From assembly GCA_043822925.1 (NCBI GenBank), contig JBDRBF010000028.1, positions 1-18,557 on the forward strand: a stretch of DNA of 18,557 nucleotides. The letters are read 5' to 3'. Positions 15,636 to 18,557 of the stretch are shown one piece after another. Origin of the DNA: a bacterium. GTDB lineage: Bacteria > Babelota > Babeliae > Babelales > RVW-14. The position numbers and the translations under genes are program-made. Under the pieces are notes generated by a model. The model worked only from the letters and a program-made list of their open reading frames with translations, searched no databases and was not told the origin of the DNA. Each line of letters opens with the position of its first letter. The stretch's first letter is position 1.

Positions 15636-16715
15636 TTAAATCCAATAAATCGTCAAAAACACCACTAATAACACAAGAATCAGTACGAATAAAATGTCAT
15701 TGAGATTTTCAAGCTTTTCATTACGCAATTTCTTTGTTTGCTCATCAAGATTACCACTTTTATGCAAAACCAATACGATATATGTTTGTAAAAATAATAT
15801 CAAGAGAGAAAGAAAAACAACCAGGTAATAAACCTTATCAATATGCGTTATATATCCAACACGTGGCGAAACTGAATCAATCACTAATCTAAAAAGTACC
15901 AAGGCAGGCACGCCAGCCGAGACAAGACCAATTCGATTAGAATCTGTAATATTTAACATCATTGAAATCAACATAAGAAAGAACAAAATAAAAAGTGGAA
16001 AATAAAGCGAAACCGGCAACCGTGCACTAACATTTTCAAATCCTACAGTAAACGCAACGCAGGGATATGTAATATTCATACGAGAATCTTGAGGATTAAA
16101 ATCTGCCTTAATATACCCAGCACAAGCAACTGTTTCTTTTGGCTTCCAATTTTCAACTAACATATTTTCTGGCAAAGTTATACTTCCAGGCTCGGTAACA
16201 AAAACCAATTCTTGCGCCGTCACACTTTTATTCTGCAAAATAAAACTCAGCTTATGATCACCAATAGGAAAAAAATTATACTTAAGAACCGCCATAAAAT
16301 TTGCTTGAATGTGATAACTAACAAGCACTTCTTTATCAAGTATTTTTATAATCGGCGGCGATTTATAAATAAGACTTCCATCCCCAAGCAACTTACTATT
16401 TTTCAGCGTAAACTTACCAAGCGTATCCAAAGACTCTGTCGCTTGAGCGAATCTAAACCAAACAGTTGCATCGATTGAAAAATTATTACTAGAAAATGAA
16501 AAATCCGGAAAACTATTAACATGTATTCCAACAGTTACCGGCGTAGCCAATTTCTTAATTTTATCGTCCACCTGCAAAAGTTTAGGGAATTCTTCACTAT
16601 GAATAGTTTGTTTATATTGTAAAACGAAAAGAAGCATTATATAACAAACAACCGCAAGTATCGACATCAATTGAAATTTAGTCGTTTTAATAATTCTCAG
16701 CAAATCAAACGTCAT
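15636..16715 (-). CDS. Prokaryotic pentameric ligand-gated ion channel (pLGIC / Pro-loop receptor) homolog
   Basis: Beta-sandwich pattern PVTVGIHVNSF..NNFSIDATVWFRF; Pro-loop YNFFPIGDHKLSF; ENW; M1 with Pro (LYFPLFILFFLMLISMML); M2 starting at Arg; M2-M3 loop PRVGYITHID; M3; C-terminal M4. Confidence 0.8.
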   Translation of the reverse strand: MTFDLLRIIKTTKFQLMSILAVVCYIMLLFVLQYKQTIHSEEFPKLLQVDDKIKKLATPVTVGIHVNSFPDFSFSSNNFSIDATVWFRFAQATESLDTLGKFTLKNSKLLGDGSLIYKSPPIIKILDKEVLVSYHIQANFMAVLKYNFFPIGDHKLSFILQNKSVTAQELVFVTEPGSITLPENMLVENWKPKETVACAGYIKADFNPQDSRMNITYPCVAFTVGFENVSARLPVSLYFPLFILFFLMLISMMLNITDSNRIGLVSAGVPALVLFRLVIDSVSPRVGYITHIDKVYYLVVFLSLLILFLQTYIVLVLHKSGNLDEQTKKLRNEKLENLNDILFVLILVLLVVFLTIYWI

Positions 16716-16718
16716 AAT

Positions 16719-17876
16719 TTATCCCTTTATAATTGATATTTCTCTACCAAAAGCATGCCGATTAGTCTCATCAAAATTAACCATAAATCCATCTATCATA
16801 TGTTGTTTCATATTTTCTATTGCTTTAATAATTTTTTCTTTAGTTATCGTTCCAGATATATTTTTTATGGCATCGATTATTATCGCCGTACTCACGTAAT
16901 AGCTAAACGCTAAAATATTTGGAATCTCTTCTGGAAAATATTTTTTCATATCTTCTAGATATTGTTTGGCTAAAAGCATCTGACTTGTTTTTGGATCTGG
17001 CACAGCCGAACTATAATAAAAATCAGCACCACGCGCCTGAACAATGTCTCCGACAAAAAGCGTAGAATCTATGCCGAAAAACGTAACTCCATAATGCCCC
17101 TGCGTAAAAAAATTATTAATTAATTTCACAACCGGCATACTCGTCGATAAGCAAATAACTATTTTAGGATCAGATTCTATCAATCTTTTAACAGCACCAG
17201 CTATATCAAGCGTAAATCTATTGTACGACGCTATAGCAACAGGCTTAATGTCATGCGCAACAAGTTCTTTAGTCAGCTCATTCGAAGCATCTGTCGAAAA
17301 ATCATCATCAGCATGAAAAATGGCTATTTTTTTTAGTTTTATATTTTTCTCAATATAATCAACTATCGCCGTTAGTTGTGGTTTTAAAAGTCCTGGACCA
17401 TTAATTATATGAGTTAATTTTGGATCACGAAACTGTTGGTCGCCACTCCATGGGAAAAAAAGCGCAATTTTTTCTGTTTTAATAAGAGGCAATAACTTAA
17501 GCACACTTCGTGTACCCATATTTCCAATAAACATGTCTATGCCATCTTTGAGTAACCGCTCAACGTTTTCTTCTGTTTTACGTGGGTCGCCGGCATCATT
17601 CACGCTCACCAATTTTAACATCTTGCCATGCACCCCACCACTATCATTAACGTGATTCATACGCGCCTGAATCGCTTTTTGTATAATATTCCCATAAAGC
17701 CCAAAAGCGCCATCCAAACTCGCCGACTGCCCAAACACAATGCTATTATTACTTGCAGGCTCTTGATTTACTCTTTTTTTATCTATAACTACCTGATCTC
17801 CTAGGCCATCACTTACAAGACCAATAAAAACACAGATACTTATGAAAAACACAAAAATTATCTTTTTGATCTTCAC
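16719..17876 (-). CDS. Type I (LIV/Venus flytrap) periplasmic ligand-binding protein, branched-chain amino acid SBP-like
   Basis: Signal or anchor sequence, then IVFGQSASLDG..VNDSGGVHGKMLKLVSVNDAGDP..GNMGT..KKIAIFHADDDF. GTG 17876 follows GGAG; the ORF-track start at 17888 is an alternative. Confidence 0.9.
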   Translation of the reverse strand: MKIKKIIFVFFISICVFIGLVSDGLGDQVVIDKKRVNQEPASNNSIVFGQSASLDGAFGLYGNIIQKAIQARMNHVNDSGGVHGKMLKLVSVNDAGDPRKTEENVERLLKDGIDMFIGNMGTRSVLKLLPLIKTEKIALFFPWSGDQQFRDPKLTHIINGPGLLKPQLTAIVDYIEKNIKLKKIAIFHADDDFSTDASNELTKELVAHDIKPVAIASYNRFTLDIAGAVKRLIESDPKIVICLSTSMPVVKLINNFFTQGHYGVTFFGIDSTLFVGDIVQARGADFYYSSAVPDPKTSQMLLAKQYLEDMKKYFPEEIPNILAFSYYVSTAIIIDAIKNISGTITKEKIIKAIENMKQHMIDGFMVNFDETNRHAFGREISIIKG

Positions 17877-17957
17877 GGCACTCTCCACTGGTAATGGTTA
17901 AAAATAAACACGTTACTTTTAGAGACTATTTATTTTCCCTCCTGTAAAGCAATAGTT

Positions 17958-18188
17958 TTGATAGAAATCTGGCTCGCGGTCAAAGCAATAATTCAAAACG
18001 TGCCTGAAGCAAACGACCCTCACATTTTTTTCTATGATAAAGACGGTGACCCTATTTATAGCGCCCCATATAATGGAAAACCTGAATTTGGCCCACAAGA
18101 CCGTACGTACTTTGAATTTGACGTTGATTTAAGCAAACTTACTGACATTGAATATACATATCGTAAGCCTTGGTATAAATTTTGGTAG
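17958..18188 (+). CDS. Small hypothetical protein or 5'-truncated remnant ending in KPWYKFW
   Basis: Protein-like composition and a KxWxKFW-type C-terminal motif, but a weak TTG start with no clear RBS. Confidence 0.45.
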   Translation: MIEIWLAVKAIIQNVPEANDPHIFFYDKDGDPIYSAPYNGKPEFGPQDRTYFEFDVDLSKLTDIEYTYRKPWYKFW

Positions 18189-18208
18189 AAATACGAAAGA
18201 ACAATCCT

Positions 18209-18557
18209 ATGCTTTTCAAAAAATCACACCCCTTCCCCCCGGCAATCCTGAGCATCATAACAACTTTTGCATTTTCAGGATTAAATGCCATGTACCCTCC
18301 AATTCTCCCTGCAAATAACGAAATAATAAAAGGTGCAGCTTTTTTTAAACTTCACTCAAAAGATCAGTGTTCAAAAAAATACAAAAATAGCACAATTTCG
18401 TATAGCTCATCAAAATGCATGGATTACCATAATCAATCCAATTTTAATAACCTATCACGATAAATCGGGAAAATGCATAGCCATAGTCAATCCATTTCCT
18501 CATCCGTTTACCGAATTAAAACTAAAATATTGGAATGACTATTGGGATGATTATATA
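18209..18557 (+). pseudogene. Probable frameshifted exported-protein gene (partial; runs off the window)
   Basis: ATG 18209 gives signal-like MLFKKSHPFPPAILSIITTFAFSGLNAM. A second frame is open from 18330 to the window end (KVQLFLNFTQKISVQ...YWNDYWDDYI). It could instead be a separate gene starting at GTG 18333. Confidence 0.35.

Overview
AT-rich bacterial chromosomal window with about 16 intact or partial genes, one tRNA and one pseudogene. The gene content (secreted WD40/beta-solenoid paralogs, orphan housekeeping genes, short signal-peptide proteins) suggests Ca. Dependentiae (TM6/Babelota); this is inference, not verified. In order: the 3' end of a WD40 gene; a secreted 7-blade WD40 plus beta-solenoid paralog; GerMN-like protein; cupin; tRNA-Ser(CGA); glmU overlapping an orphan sbcD; two exported hypothetical proteins; SulP/SLC26 transporter; flavodoxin-fold reductase; gltX; a four-lesion AlbA_2/HATPase/wHTH pseudogene flanked by related hairpins; HisJ-type PHP phosphatase; Bax-inhibitor-1 family protein; a nested REP-like repeat and a 42-bp palindrome; and a two-gene minus-strand operon. 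That operon is the most interesting part. It pairs a stand-alone LIV-type (Venus flytrap) periplasmic binding protein with a prokaryotic pentameric ligand-gated ion channel (pLGIC) homolog. By manual alignment the channel lacks both residues of the conserved Asp-Arg gating salt bridge and has Pro at the 9' gate position.
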